A stretch of DNA of 64,000 nt from Macrostomum lignano (Eukaryota): positions 62,001 to 126,000 of the forward strand of contig NIVC01003425.1 in the NCBI GenBank assembly GCA_002269645.1. Direction: 5' to 3'. The translations under genes were made by a program, and so were the position numbers. Positions 37,360 through 51,059 of the stretch are shown one piece after another. The number at the start of each line of letters is the position of its first letter. Within the stretch, counting starts at the first letter, position 1. Under the pieces are notes generated by a model. The model was not told the origin of the DNA, did not search any database, and saw only the letters and a program-made list of their open reading frames with translations.

Positions 37360-38941
37360 CCTCATGCATAACCATAAGTAGCAATTGGCAACTCTTTGTC
37401 CGACAGTGATGGCTTATTATTGCAGGAAGGCTGCGGGCACCCTGACAAAGCGCCTTGGACGACTTCCTCTCACAACCAGCGCTGAGGCAATTCTGCACAT
37501 TCCGCGGACTCCTGAACGCATACAGCGCGCCAATACTGTACGCAGACACGCACTCATGCACAGGGGCTGGGTCTGCTCTAACGGCAGTTTTTTCTCATGG
37601 ATCAATATGTTGCACAGTTATTTCTTTCGTTGGTTAGAATACCTTAACTTCACCGAAAGTACCCGTCGTCGCCTTTTCCTCCAATTTTTGTCTTCTGTTA
37701 CGTGAGCAAAATCCAAATCAGCACTTTGAAACCTGATACGAGTATTCTTAATGTTTCTGAGTTCAGAACACTGGTAAAACAGAAATGATCTTTTCAAGCC
37801 TAATCTGTATCGAGACCTGCGGGAATTCACAACAGCTCAGAACCCAAGGAGCGGCGATGCTCAGACTATGAAAGAGGTCAGGAATGGCACTGGCACTGTT
37901 TACACTATCAGTTTTTAAGCCGTAAAAATCTTTCCAATGGAGAGCCTTGACACTAAGCGACCTTATCTACATGTACATGCAGAGTCTCTAGAGCCATTTA
38001 AGGAATGCAGTTAATGGATTTTATCCAGTGCCAAAAATTAATCCAGCTGTGACGGCCCATCTGCCAGCAAGTGGGTCTCATGCAGCTCGATTCGGCTCAC
38101 AAAGGCAGAGAAGCGAAGCGGCTCTCTGTTAGAGTCAATCTAATGGGATTTTCGACCGTGCCAGATTCCGCCTCACTTGGACTGCAGCCTGTAGCCTTAC
38201 GGGCTCCATTTGTAAAAACATTTCAATTCCGCCGATTTTAGTATATTTCTACTAGCAATCTAGTGCCCCCTTTTCAGCAAGGATCCAAATTTATTTATGC
38301 AAATCCATTGAAAGAACGATTTTTTAGAATTTTTGAAAATTTAGCACATTTTCTAAAGCAGCAATTCCTTCTTCGTTTTTTAAATCACCTCGTCTGAGTA
38401 AAATTGTCACGGACAAAGATGTTTGCTATGAGCACTAAGTGCAATCCGAACAAAATTCATCTCTAATCTTCGACGTATGATTTGAACTATATTTACTGAA
38501 CTGAATCAGCACGCAACACCTTATTTTCAAAATGATTTTGGAAACCAGATGGACCAGATGGAATATCCCCAAAGCAATCTGATTTCATATAAAATATCAG
38601 CCATTAAATTAAGCTGTCTATGGTTGGAATGTTCGAGGCTGCATATACATGTACGCTCGTATTGGTCCCGAGGCGAGCGAAGCCCTTAAAGCATTGGGTA
38701 ATATAAAATATACCATTATAATATACTTAATCTTTGATAAGTGAACCAAGCTATTGCAGACTTGCTGCCAATGTCTATGGTCTGAATTAAGGTCAATCAC
38801 AGAATTTTTAAAAAGCGTCTGCTAAGATCGACAGCGACATTATGGTCGTACTTTTTGTCACTTATTTCGCCCCGCGGGATTCGGCTCCTCGATCCGGTGC
38901 AACTTGAACTGCAGCAAAGCTTTCCCATTGCTGCTCTGCGA

Positions 38942-39075
38942 GGGGCCGTAGCCCAGTGGTCTGGCGCGGCGCTCTGATGTACCAGCGGCCCAGGCTCGGT
39001 TCAAAATTCAGTCTCGTGTCTATCTGATGAGATCTTCTGTTTCCTATGGGTCAAAGGCGTGTACAACTGTTAACA
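38942..39075 (+). mobile_element. tRNA-derived SINE, same family as 37.3 kb
   Basis: ggggccgtagcccagtgg...ccagcggcccaggctcggttc. Confidence 0.7.
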
Positions 39076-39837
39076 AAAATAAATTTCACACCAAAATTTT
39101 CAGATTAGCTGCTCCAGAGGACCCTCTTTGGGCCATAGACAGTCCTTAAAGAAGACAGTCTGCTTTGTTAAAGCAACGCACCAGTCTCGGTGCCGACAGT
39201 AGTCAGCAGGCACAGGGAGAAACCAACAGCTAGTAGGAATTGTGACATGATGTCATGACATGACATTCTCGCCATCGTAGGTTCTTTTGTATTTACGTGA
39301 CAAAGTTTCCATGGTTACCTCGGACTGGCGTCAGGGTCTTCTGGTTGGTGTACGAGAGGCCTTCTTGAATTCCTTTCTGCCCCCGCAGTTGGAGCGTCCC
39401 TGTCTCTGCCTCTCCATCTGCTTTTCCCGCATTCTGCCCGGTCTATAATTTTGCACAACTGCGCTAATGGCTTCCCAGGCGTAAACCATGTGGGAATTAT
39501 GCTGGCGCATTCATATCAGCATAGCATGCCATACTGAATATCGTTTTGACGTGCCGGCATTATATTACTAGATCAGTATAAAGAGCCAGCTTAATTCTGG
39601 TTTTATGCCAACGATCGGCTAGCTACCTATGTGCCTGTTTTACTAACATAGTGAGCCAATCACGTACAGAAGCTTTGCGTGATTGTACTTTTACTTTGCA
39701 TACCTCCTATGAATTCCACAAGGCGTGTAGGAAGTGGTAGTGGTTTGTTCTGCATTATGAAGTTTTTAGAGTCAGCTTTTGTAACCAAGCGTCCCTTTAT
39801 GCCATGGCTTAACCCTTACTTACCTCTCCAAAGGTAG

Positions 39838-40801
39838 CAGGGCGACGCCATGGATTTTATGGTGGGGGGACAAAGCCAAGACTTCCACATGTACATGTAC
39901 AGGACTAAATACCTACATGAACATTATTTTCAGAATTGGTGTTTTCAGCGTTCATTTTAGCGCCGCAGGCACCCATTTTAGCGCCGCAGACACTCATTTT
40001 AGCGCCGCAGGCACTCATTCTAGCGCCGCAGGCACTCATTTTAGCGCCTCAGGCACTCATTCTAGCGCCGCAGGCACTCATTTTAGCGCCGCAGGCACTC
40101 ATTCTAGCGCCGCAGGCACTCATTCTAGCGCCTCAGGCACTCATTTTAGCGCCGCAGGCACTCATTTTAGCGCCGCAGGCACTCATTCTAGCGCCGCAGG
40201 CACTCATTCTAGCGCCGCAGGCACTCATTTTAGCGCCGCAGGCACTCATTCTAGCGCCGCAGGCACTCATTCTAGCGCCGCAGGCACTCATTTTAGCGCC
40301 GCAGGCACTCATTCTAGCGCCGCAGGCACTCATTTTAGCGCCTCAGGCACTCATTCTAGCGCCGCAGGCACTCATTTTAGCGCCGCAGGCACTCATTCTA
40401 GCGCCGCAGGCACTCATTCTAGCGCCTCAGGCACTCATTTTAGCGCCGCAGGCACTCATTTTAGCGCCGCAGGCACTCATTCTAGCGCCGCAGGCACTCA
40501 TTTTAGCGCCGCAGGCACTCATTCTAGCGCCGCAGGCACTCATTTTAGCGCCTCAGGCACTCATTCTAGCGCCGCAGGCACTCATTTTAGCGCCGCAGGC
40601 ACTCATTCTAGCGCCGCAGGCACTCATTCTAGCGCCTCAGGCGCTATGTTTAGTCACCATAAAGCAATTTTTTTATTTCAATAACAGGTAAGCAAAGGTT
40701 GGGGTGGGGGGACAAATCATTGGCTTGTCCCCCCGCGTAACTTTTACTGGGGGGGCATGCCCCTCCACCCTGTCCCCACGGTGTCGATGTCGACGCCCCT
40801 G
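39838..40801. mobile_element. Non-autonomous hAT-like element carrying an internal 21-bp minisatellite
   Basis: Ends cagggcgacg... and ...cgacgcccctg. Flanking 8-mers aaaggtag (39830-37) and gaaggtag (40802-09) form a TSD with one mismatch. Internal array agcgccgcaggcactcatt(c/t)t at ~39955-40645. Confidence 0.7.
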
Positions 40802-41654
40802 GAAGGTAGCTCTTCTTGGAGGAAATCCAAGTCTTTTCACCATCTTCGTTGCGACTTCCCAATAATACAGCTTAGTGATAGGTTTTATTGCAGGTAGACT
40901 GAGAAGGCCCTGTAGAATTGCCTTGTAAAGCATTGTTTCTCTAAGCATCTTTAAAGCTTGCAAGGACTCAGCCGTCTCTCACAAACAAGCATGTCACGGT
41001 CAAAGACACTGCTCAAAGTCAATTCGCAGGGCTGTCAGGTGTCACGCATTGGAACTCATGCAGTCCAGCTTTGCAAAGCAGCCCAGAAGGTCCCTGACAC
41101 TTGGAGTGGTGCTGGAGCTAGATTGAAATTATTGTAAATATGAAAAAGTGTATTTGATTTGAAATTATAAATGGAAATGACAGCACTGAAATTTATTACT
41201 GAACAGGGAGTTTAAATATGAAAAATTTTTGAAAAGTGCACCTCGGTGCACTGATAAGACATGACTAATTAGAAATTCAAATGTTTGCTTTTGGAGGCTG
41301 CGAGCCCAGCCCCATCTGCACCTGCCTGCCCTCTCTCGGGTCCCCTGCCGCAGCAGAAGCTCTGAGTCAGTACGCATTTATGGACAGCAGCTTGACAACA
41401 AGGAAAGCAATGGGGTTTGCTGCTCACCTGCTAAAGCTGCTTTCCCCATCCAGCATGCACCCTGCCTGCAGCCTCTGCATTTTCCAGCTCAGATTCCATC
41501 AGCCATCAGCTCAGCTCGGTGCCTGCCGACCGACACTTCAGCATTTGCACAGATTTGTGACCTCGACAGCTCAGCTTCTCTATTCTCCATCAGATGGGAT
41601 GTAGGGTGACGCGGACGGGCAGGGAGAGAGACAGGCTGGGATGTAGATTGGTGA

Positions 41655-42015
41655 CAGCTACAGCACACACAGCTACAGCACACATCAACAGCACACAGCT
41701 ACAGCACACACAGCTACAGCACACAGCTACAGCACACAGCTACAGCACACAGCTACAGCACACACAGCTACAGCACACAGCTACAGCACACAGCTACAGC
41801 ACACAGCTACAGCACACACAGCTACAGCACACAGCTACAGCACACAGCTACAGCACACAGCTACAGCACACAGCTACAGCACACAGCTACAGCACACAGC
41901 TACAGCACACAGCTACAGCACACAGCTACAGCACACAGCTACAGCACACAGCTACAGCACACAGCTACAGCACACAGCTACAGCACACACAGCTACAGCA
42001 CACATCAACAGCACA
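41655..42015. repeat. 13-bp cacagctacagca minisatellite
   Basis: Seen directly. Confidence 0.95.
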
Positions 42016-42760
42016 CAGGTTACAAAGGCTCGTAGAATGATTACAGCAGCTGATGGCAAATAGCAAAAATCTTGAGTACCGTTTGGCATTTGAGCAGCTT
42101 CACTGCTTGAAGGTGGAAAGAGATTAAAACAGTGACGGGAAGAGAAAACAGAGGCGGTAACGACTGCGGTGCAGATAAACAAGTTTAAAAATGAGAAAAG
42201 TTCATTAGTGCATCTGTCACTCAGCGCAGGGGCATTGAAGCAGTCCCAGCCTGTGTGTGCAGCATATTCATAAACAGTTCTGGGATGAATAGTGTGAGAA
42301 TCAAGAGAACTCGAGACACGAAAGTTGCATAAATTTGGTCTGAAATTTGAGCGGGCTGTAAATGTTTTAAAACAATTCCAAATTGTATTCAGATTTGCCA
42401 GAAATTTTCACTGTGCAAGAAATCCTCAGTAATTGATTACAAGGCCTTGAAAATATTTCAACACGGTCTCTGAATGCGACATTTTAGAGATGGGAATTAG
42501 TTCTAAGTAAAATCAGCCAGTCACAGAAAGTTTAATAAAACTTCACCGTGTTATATAACTGCCTAAAGTACAAAACACCAAATTAAAAGTGCATGCGCTG
42601 GTATCAAAACACTCGTTAAAATGGAAGAATCGAAACGCAAACTGAAGCATGCATATCATTATATGTAGGAATGAAATTAGGGAAGATTCAAAAAAAAGAA
42701 TTGTAAGCTAGACTGCCGAAACAATAAATCTTCTGCAACAGTTTGAGAAACCATCTCGTC

Positions 42761-42982
42761 TTAGCGCTGCGAGTCCGACTTTTTCGTCAGGAGCAGCTCC
42801 TGTGCGGATCGTCTCTCCCTGCGGTCTCTGGCGGTGCATCGGCTGTAGAAATACCTCAGCTCCGCGGGCACGCCATCCGGCAGGGCCGTGGCGCCCCTCC
42901 TGTCAAGATGCTGGAACAGCTCACAGTAGCTTCTGGCATTGGCGATTCCGAGCAGCTCTGGCGCCATGATGTTCAGAGTGCC
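42761..42982 (-). pseudogene. Protein kinase C-lobe fragment
   Basis: GTLNIMAPELL (subdomain VIII) and FYSRCTARDRRERRSAQELL (subdomain XI-like). No DxWSxG between them; no N-lobe nearby. Confidence 0.6.
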
Positions 42983-42994
42983 TTTTAGTGCCCT

Positions 42995-43245
42995 TGGGAG
43001 TTACTGAGATGCCAATTAGCTCAATGGGAAGTTGCTGAGATGCCAATTAGCTCAATGGGAAGTTGCTGAGATGCCAATTAGCTCAATGGGAAGTTGCTGA
43101 GATGCCAATTAGCTCAATGGGGAGTCGCTGAGATGCCATGGCTCAATGGGGAGTCGCTGAGATGCCATGGCTCAATGGGGAGTCGCTGAGATGCCATGGC
43201 TCAATGGGGAGTCGCTGAGATGCCATGACTCAATAGGGAGTTACT
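42995..43245. repeat. gagttgctgagatgcc minisatellite family, copy 2
   Basis: Seen directly. Confidence 0.9.
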
Positions 43246-44124
43246 ATAAGGATTCAATTTTATATGCATGTAGGCTTTAGGGACTATCGTAGGAACTATT
43301 AGGAATAGGACTTAGGATTTAAGAAATTAGGGAATTGCATTGTTATCAGAGGGTGGTGGAGTGTAGCAGTTGTGGACAGCTGCACTCTTACAAAAAGCCA
43401 CAAGGGCTTGATGACGGCATTGCAAAGGGCGAGTGCAGGCCGCCCTAAAAGTCTGCTTCCACTTTAGAGGGGTTGTATGCCTTTATGTGGGGAGGGGTTC
43501 AATTACATTTTTAACAGAGACATTTCAGAAATCGCACGAGAAAGGGGAACCGTGAGAATCGGCCGGAATTGCGCGGTGGCTGGAAGACGTGGGAAATGAT
43601 AACGCAGACAGTTTCACAGGGACTTCATCGGGGAAATTTACTATAAATAAGCGAGGGGTTAAATGTCTAAAACTTTACCTTTCTCTCACTCTCTTTTCAC
43701 TCTCTTTTTACACGCCTTGTATTAACTCTTGGATTGCTTAAAAATAGTTTGTAAATCACGACGACCGCTTCTGCAGACACCTGTGACCGGAGGGTAAGAC
43801 TGAGCACTGCCATGACTATAGATTTATGAATAGTAGCGTATCGGTCTCAGACCAAGTAGATAGGCGTAATTTATTTATATATATATAATAATAGATTAAT
43901 AGGAGTATTTGAGTAGCTAAATTATACCGTAGTGTCTCAGACTTATTCTCCCTGCTTGTAGCTCGCTCATTTGCTTATTTACTTATTTATATAAACATTA
44001 AAAATGCAGTAGTAAATATAATTATACGGTTGATCATTAAATAACATCCAAGCATATTCTACCTCGTTTGAGTTTCTATTAATCATACGTAAGGTTCTTA
44101 GTTTGCGGCCAACTAGGAAACTTA

Positions 44125-44670
44125 TAGTTACTGAGATGCCATGGATCAATGGGGGGAGTTGCTGAGATGCCATGGCTCAATGGGGGCAGTTGCTGAGATG
44201 CCATGGCTCAATTGGGGGAGTTGCTGAGATGCCATGGATCAATGGGGGGAGCTGCTGAGATGCCATGGCTCAATGGGGGGAGTTGCTGAGATGCCATGGA
44301 TCAATGGGGGGAGTTGCTGAGATGCCATGGCTCAATGGGGGGAGTTGCTGAGATGCCATGGCTCAATTGGGGGAGTTGCTGAGATGCCATGGATCAATGG
44401 GGGGAGCTGCTGAGATGCCATGGCTCAATGGGGGCAGTTGCTGAGATGCCATGGCTCAATGGGGGCAGTTGCTGAGATGCCATGGCTCAATGGGGGCAGT
44501 TGCTGAGATGCCATGGCTCAATAGGGAGTTGCTGAGATGCCATGGCTCAATGGGGGCAGTTGCTGAGATGCCATGGCTCAATAGGGAGTTGCTGAGATGC
44601 CATGGCTCAATAGGGAGTTGCTGAGATGCCATGCCTTAATAGGGAGTGTCTGAGATGCCATGGCTCAATA
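44125..44670. repeat. gagttgctgagatgcc minisatellite family, copy 3
   Basis: Seen directly. Confidence 0.92.
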
Positions 44671-46408
44671 GGAAGGTCTGAGGTCAGACAGCTCAGAACC
44701 CAATTTAGGACTAGCGATGCTCAGACTATGAAAAAGATCGGATGCTCAGAAATGACACTGGCACTGTCTCTAAAGCACTGTTTTAAGAGCTATGGGAGAG
44801 CTGACAGTATGCGGAGCCTCGCTTTACATGCAGGATTTCTATAGCTGGCAATGGATGCAGCTGATGGGTTTTATTCCAGGCCAATCCAGCTGTGACGGGC
44901 CTTCTGCTCATCTGTCAGCAAATGAGTCTCAGCTCGATCTGGCTCTGGCAGGCAGCGAAGCGAAGCAGCTCTGCTAAAGTCAATCCAATCAGTTTTCCCG
45001 AGCTAGATTCTGCCTGCAGCCTCGCGTCCATTGTAAAAATATTTTTAGTCAGTTGCTTCATTTGAATCTGTTTGAGAATCGAATATTTCTCGTGCGGTAC
45101 TCTCTCACAACTCCCGGGGTTCTTTCAGCACTTGCACCGTTCCTGAAGTGCTCTAGACGCGCCACCAGCAGAGTATCTTCTAGCTGTTAAAATTAGTGTA
45201 TGCCTGTGCCATTTTCCGTAGACCACTGCTTGAAAAACCCATGATCGGCTGGTTTTTGCGGGATGGGCGGCGACGCCTCCCCGCTGCATCCGGGTGCCCG
45301 GAACCACCGGCAGTTGATGAGTTGTTCTCTCGCTTCTGAGCCCACGTAGCTTTGCTCTGTCGTAATTATCGAATTTCTAGAATGCAAGTCTGTACTGAAG
45401 GCCTTCGAGACTCAACGGTGCTTTCGAATTCAATAATGTAGAATGCTTGGCTTGCTCTCAAAGGCCTTCGGATAAGTTGTCTCAAGACCGTCTGATAGTT
45501 ATACGTTGCGCCTGGCGTTCTCCATTGGTTCGTAGCACCTCAACAAGATTTGATGCACCCATTTCTCTAGCTCAGATCTCGGCGCGCTGCCGAGCTGCAT
45601 CCAGATCGATTCCGTTCAAGTGAGCACTTTTCTGCATCCTGGCTGCAAAGACAGCTTCTCAAACAACATCAGCATACAGATAACTGATCAAAGCCCTTGT
45701 GGCGATTTTGCGCCCGAGGCTATAATGAATATATTTGAAATCCATCATCTTAGCAAAAAAGAGCTCAATCCGGAAAACACCAGACGCTGTGTCGGAACAC
45801 AGGTTTCTATGCGCACAGGGCAGCCTTTTGAAACAAACTGGCAGAACAAGCACACAAACAAAAAACTCTCAACAAAAACACAGTAAAGTCAATTGGTCAT
45901 GCGGTCTGGGTCCGTTAGATGATGCGCTGCAGTGCAAGCGAGCAGACAAAGTCCGTCTCGCCAGCAATCTCACCGCAGGCAGTCAGCGTATCGAGTTTGC
46001 ACGTTACAGGTTCCCGCCTAAATGAAGTCTGAAAGACGATCAGATTAGAAGATAATCAGGACATCCTCTAGAGACTGGGGGACAGTAGCTCTCGGCCCAG
46101 ATTACGAGTCTGACTTTTTCTACAAAAATAAGTAAAATACAGAGAGTAGAACAAAAATAAGGTATAATGAGCGACAACACTTACTAAAAATTGCACTGGG
46201 TACATTTCAGAAACAACTGTGTGGCATACAGTTCAGACTCTGTTCATTAAATAAGTTGAAGAGTAAAAAGGAGAATCAGGGCTTCCGTTGAAACTCGTAG
46301 GTTATTAAGTTCACTTATACAAAATCGCCACAATAATTGTCATCAAGTTAAACCAATAAACACAAGCCATTAGCATATTATTATCTCTTTTCTCCACTTC
46401 ATTCGCAC

Positions 46409-47209
46409 TCAGCGGCGGACAAAGAAGTCGCCGCTGCTGGCGCTGCTGAGCGCGGCCGGGACTGCAGCGAACTCCAGCAGGTGGCACAGGCGCTGCTGCT
46501 GGCTGAAGATCACCGCCTGGCAACCGGAGCGGCACCGGTACAGGCACTCGGGCAGCCCGGCACACTGCAATGTTCTGAAGGCGGGCGCATCCGGGACGCT
46601 CAGCTCAACGAAGGTCCGGTTGCCGGGGACGAACACGTTCCGGTCTGCAGATGTAGAATGGGGCCAGTTGCATTAATGTCAAGCCTTTCTACATCATAGA
46701 AAGCAAGCCTCTCTACGGCTCGTAGAGAGAAATTTGTACTTTAACCTACTTGTGCAAGCGGCTTCCGCACTGCCCGTGTAGCTCAGCCGCAGCACCCGGT
46801 TTTGGTAGCTGCCTCCGCAGTTCTGGCTCAGATTTCCACTGCAAGCATGGGTGCAGTCCGAGTCTGAAGCAGCGCCCTGCGACCCGTACGAGTTGCCGCA
46901 GAAGCACCAGTATCCGGCCTGCAGAGCCGCGAACTCAAAACTGCCCAGAGCGCAGACGCTGCCGCACAGCTCGTGAGTCATCATCCAGTAGCTGCCGACA
47001 TATGCGCCACTGCCATCGTTTATCGACATCAAACTGGAGCTGCCAATTTGTGTGAGGCCGAGGTGCTTCATTTCACCGACGTCTCTCGCGCCATTCGCGC
47101 CGTCAACGAAGCAGCCGAGGTCCGAGATCTGGAACTGACGGCAGAGAGCGGCGCAGATCAGGCAGCTCATGATCGGAGCGCAGAAGCAGATCCTGTACAG
47201 AGCCGGCAT
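46409..47209 (-). CDS. Secreted WSC-domain plus PAN/apple-like protein, 231 aa (exons 47209-46750, 46644-46409)
   Basis: Hydrophobic N-terminus MPALYRICFCAPIMSCLICAALC. WSC pattern LGCFVD...MTHELCGSVC...AALQAGYWCFCGN...CTHACSGNLSQNCGG. Phase-1 intron gtaggt..ctgcag. Second exon CAGLPECLYRCRSGCQAVIFSQQQRLCHLL. Confidence 0.88.
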
Positions 47210-48483
47210 GGTAGGCTGATTTCCAGTGCGATTTTCAGAGAAAATTGGACTCTTAGAGTAGAGAATGGATTCATCAAAGCTATTTAAAGCGGCATTATAA
47301 TTGCTAACACAGAGACAATGGGCTTTCAATACAGAACCCGCGACGTGTTTGCACAGCTGCGCTGATTGGAATCCGTGGGCTGCTGCCATTGCGTCAAATC
47401 GCATAGCCCCATCGCATAGCCCCGGAAGCACTGAATTCCTAGGCTTTTCGAATACAGCTGCACGCGCTCAAGGCCACAACGTTCGCTCCGTTGCCCTGCC
47501 GCTGTTGGCCACTGCAGCAGTGACGCGGATCTGCACCGTCTTGGCCACTTGGACGTCGCAGCATTCACTTGCACAAGGTGCAATTATTTTAATTGCGCTA
47601 AAACAGCTAACAATGTCAAATTCATCACTTACTTGTCCTCAGTTGTGTTTAGTGAGCCCTGCAGATTCATGTAGGATCTGGCTGGTCCCCTTCGGGATGG
47701 CATCGAAGGCACCCAACTTGTTGCTGACTTAAATATGGCGGCATTTTCGCACCTGCTGCTCAAACAGCTGTCGGTTATTGCTGGCTGAGGGAGGGGTAGC
47801 TCTGCAATTCCGCTGTTGCTGCAACTGTGTCCGGCATGTCAGGTCGGGTGAGGCGGAAGCAGTAACGGATGCCATTCAGCAGCAATTCAGGGTCATGGAT
47901 CGTCAGTCATCAGTTGTCAGACGGGCCTGCTGCGCTGTAGTTTGAGTACCCCAGCCGGGACGCAATTTAGTTTAATGACGTGCTGATTTAGCGCTGGTGC
48001 GCTCGTAGCAGGAGAAGCAGACATACCGGAACCTGCGGTCGCGCTAAATGCAGCCGTTGTGGTTGTTGGACTTCACGCCCCCAGCTGTCCCCCTTCCGTA
48101 TCGTCGGCCCAATCTGAGCTTTGAGTTGGTCCACTGCAGGTTGCTGATTGCAGGTTTGCGTCGCTGATTAACTTGGACTTGGATTTTTTTATCATCAGTT
48201 GGTTAGTACAGTATTACACTCGTAATGCGCCGATAGCAATATTCGCTCGTAAATCCAATGGGATCAAGAGATTTACATCAGTGGACAGAATTTGATGGGT
48301 TTGTAACCTGGGTTTTGGCTTTAAAAGCATTTGCTATTCCTCTACATGTAAGAGTATTGATAATTGATTTCACCTGCCCTAATAGACAGATGTGCAACCG
48401 ACAGCTCAGCCGCAGCTATTGTGCGGTGCATCTGAAGGCCGCGTACGGCTGTTCGGGGTTGCCACACACACCCTCAATTACTT

Positions 48484-48800
48484 CAGGTAGAGTTTAGATT
48501 CCTCAGGTAGGGTTCAGATTCCTCAGGTAGGGTTCAGATTCCTCAGGTAGGGTTCAGATTCCTCAGGTAGGGTTCAGATTCCTCAGGTAGGGTTCAGATT
48601 CCTCAGGTAGGGTTCAGATTCCTCAGGTAGGGTTCAGATTCCTCAGGTAGGGTTCAGATTCCTCAGGTAGGGTTCAGATTCCTCGGGTAGGGTTCAGATT
48701 CCTCAGGTAGGGTTCAGATTCTTCAGGTAGGGTTCAGATTCCTCAAGTAGGGTTCAGATTCTTCAGGTAGGGTTTGGATTCTTCAGGTAGGGTTCAGATT
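48484..48800. repeat. 20-bp minisatellite
   Basis: Unit caggtagggttcagattcct. Confidence 0.95.
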
Positions 48801-49386
48801 GTATGAAATTCCATGGCTCAATGTTCATTTGTGACTGCTAAATGCTCGTTAAATGCATTGCAGGCCCTGCAGCTTCAGACCTAATAGCTTGGAATGCATT
48901 TTATTACCAAATATGTATATGGGATTTCATGCTCGCTTCTTTGTTGCATCAGCTGCTTCCCTTTCTTACAGTCTCTCTTCCTATCTCCCTTTCTCTCTCC
49001 CTCCTCTCCCTCTCTCCCTCCTCTCCCTCCTCTCCCTCCTCTCCCTCTCTCCCTCCTCTCCCTATAGCACAGGCAATTACATAAAGCGGACAAGACTACA
49101 TGGCAACGGGAGCAAAACTGGGAGCAGCGACTACATGGAGCGGACAAAATTACATGGTGATAAAAATTGAAAATTTAATATTTAATCGAAAGATCTCGGC
49201 TAGAAAAAAATTATAAAATATTTTTTAAGAAAAATGATCTAAAATTAATCTAATAAATGAACTTTTTGCATTGTTTGTAGCACTACTTTTTATAGAACAG
49301 GCCTACTAACTTTTTTAGTAGTGAAGACGTACAGAATCGGACAGAATTACCTTGACTTTGCTCCCAATTAGGACAGAATTACCTTG

Positions 49387-50559
49387 TGTGATAAATAGGC
49401 AATTAGATAATAGCATGCACGGTAAGCAATTATTTAGGCCCTAGACAAACCTACTTGGAGCGTTTGGAGATTTTAAAGCTATTAATCCTAATCGCCTATC
49501 GCCGGTCGGCGAGTCCTACCAGTCTTTCTCCAATAGCCGCAGGTACAGTACAAGAAAATAAAGAACACGAGGGAACGCGAACCGAAAGATTTAGAGAGTG
49601 ATAATCCTATAAGAATAGCTAATAAACCATTGACTTGACGGTTTAATTTGATTATTCAAGTTACAAGATTCAAACAAATTCGCGGCGCAGATAATTAGAC
49701 TGATGATAACGAATAATAACGATTAATAATAATGATTTAATTACGCACTGGCAAGCGGACCTCAGCTGAAGAAGAAGAAGGAGGAGGCACCGAACACAGG
49801 ACCACGGAGAAAGACTCCTAACCCCTGGCCTAAGCCAGAACCTACACTCAAACGAGAGCCCTGCCGAATCGACCGTTCAACGGAGTACCGACTAAATTCT
49901 ATCGGCACTGCCCTTCAGTGTAACACTGAGGCCCTCGGGGTCGAGGCCGCGTACTTGATCAGATCCGACAGTCTCTACCTAAACCGCGCTTGATAGCGAC
50001 GACTTCAGACAGGAATTTGCCGTAGGCGTTACGCCACAAGACTACTGCGGTTGGGCGGGGACAAAGATACGGACCGGGGTGACGAATCAAAACGCCTCAA
50101 AGCGCGAACCAAAGGGAACAGGCCACCGGCCGGGAAGCTGGACAAGACAAAACCGGGGAAAGAGAGAGAAAAGTGAGATCCGATTGCCAAATACACTTTC
50201 ATATATAGTCAGAGTCACAACCCCTCAAAACCCCCTCAAGCCGGGTGGTGGTCGTCTGGCCGGCCGCTTGCTAAGCCGACTTGCACTGTGCCCGCGGCGC
50301 CGGGTAGAATTGAAACTTGCCGCGTGCCAGGGTCCAGGCCGGTTCTGATTGGCTGGCCGCGCAAAGCTGGGGTTCGCAGACAAAACTCAACCCTCCGCTG
50401 AGTCACAAATAGCGTCTAACTCTAACCTGTTTACACAAAATTGATTCCAACTATCAAGGAAAAAGTACACCAAAAACGTATGACTAAACTAAAGCAAAAT
50501 AACAATTCAATAACAATAATGCAAAACCTAACTAATAGAATACGCAAAAGATGCTCACA
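49387..50559 (-). mobile_element. Candidate solo LTR inserted into a ggacagaattacc satellite
   Basis: Termini TGTGA...TCACA. On the minus strand a CCAAT (~50350) precedes a TATA-like tatatatgaa (~50200). The same satellite flanks both sides. No clean TSD found. Confidence 0.4.
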
Positions 50560-50839
50560 CTACACTTGACTTTGCTCCCAATTAGGGACAGAATTACCTT
50601 GATTTTGCTCCCAACTATATAGATAGACTGTAAAAAATTAACCCGCAGTGACACGCATTAATCCAACGAAAACCATCACTGACCTAATCCAAGTAAGTAA
50701 TCAGTGACCCGCTTAATGGCAAGTGATCTTCACTGACCCGAACTAATCCAAGTGGCCTTCAGTAACAGGCATTAATCCAAGTGGCCGTTAGTGAACCGCA
50801 CTAATCCAATTGACCATCAGTGACCCGAACTAATCCAAG

Positions 50840-51045
50840 TGACCACTACACAGATCTGGAGGCCGGACAGAATTACCTGAAATTTGCTCCCCACTACACA
50901 GATCTGGAGGCCGGACAGAATTACCTGAAATTTGCTCCCCACTACACAGATCTGGAGGCCGGACAGAATTACCTGAAATTTGCTCCCCACTACACAGATC
51001 TGGAGGCCGGACAGAATTACCTGAAATTTGCTCCCCACTACAGAA
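50840..51045. repeat. 48-bp tandem repeat, ~4 copies
   Basis: Unit cactacacagatctggaggccggacagaattacctgaaatttgctccc. Confidence 0.93.
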
Positions 51046-51059
51046 ATAGACAAAAGAAA

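Noticed and set aside
47750-48250. Coding-like GC-rich stretch on the minus strand
   Set aside because: All frames are interrupted and no motif was recognised; it may be UTR or a pseudogene but is not supportable.
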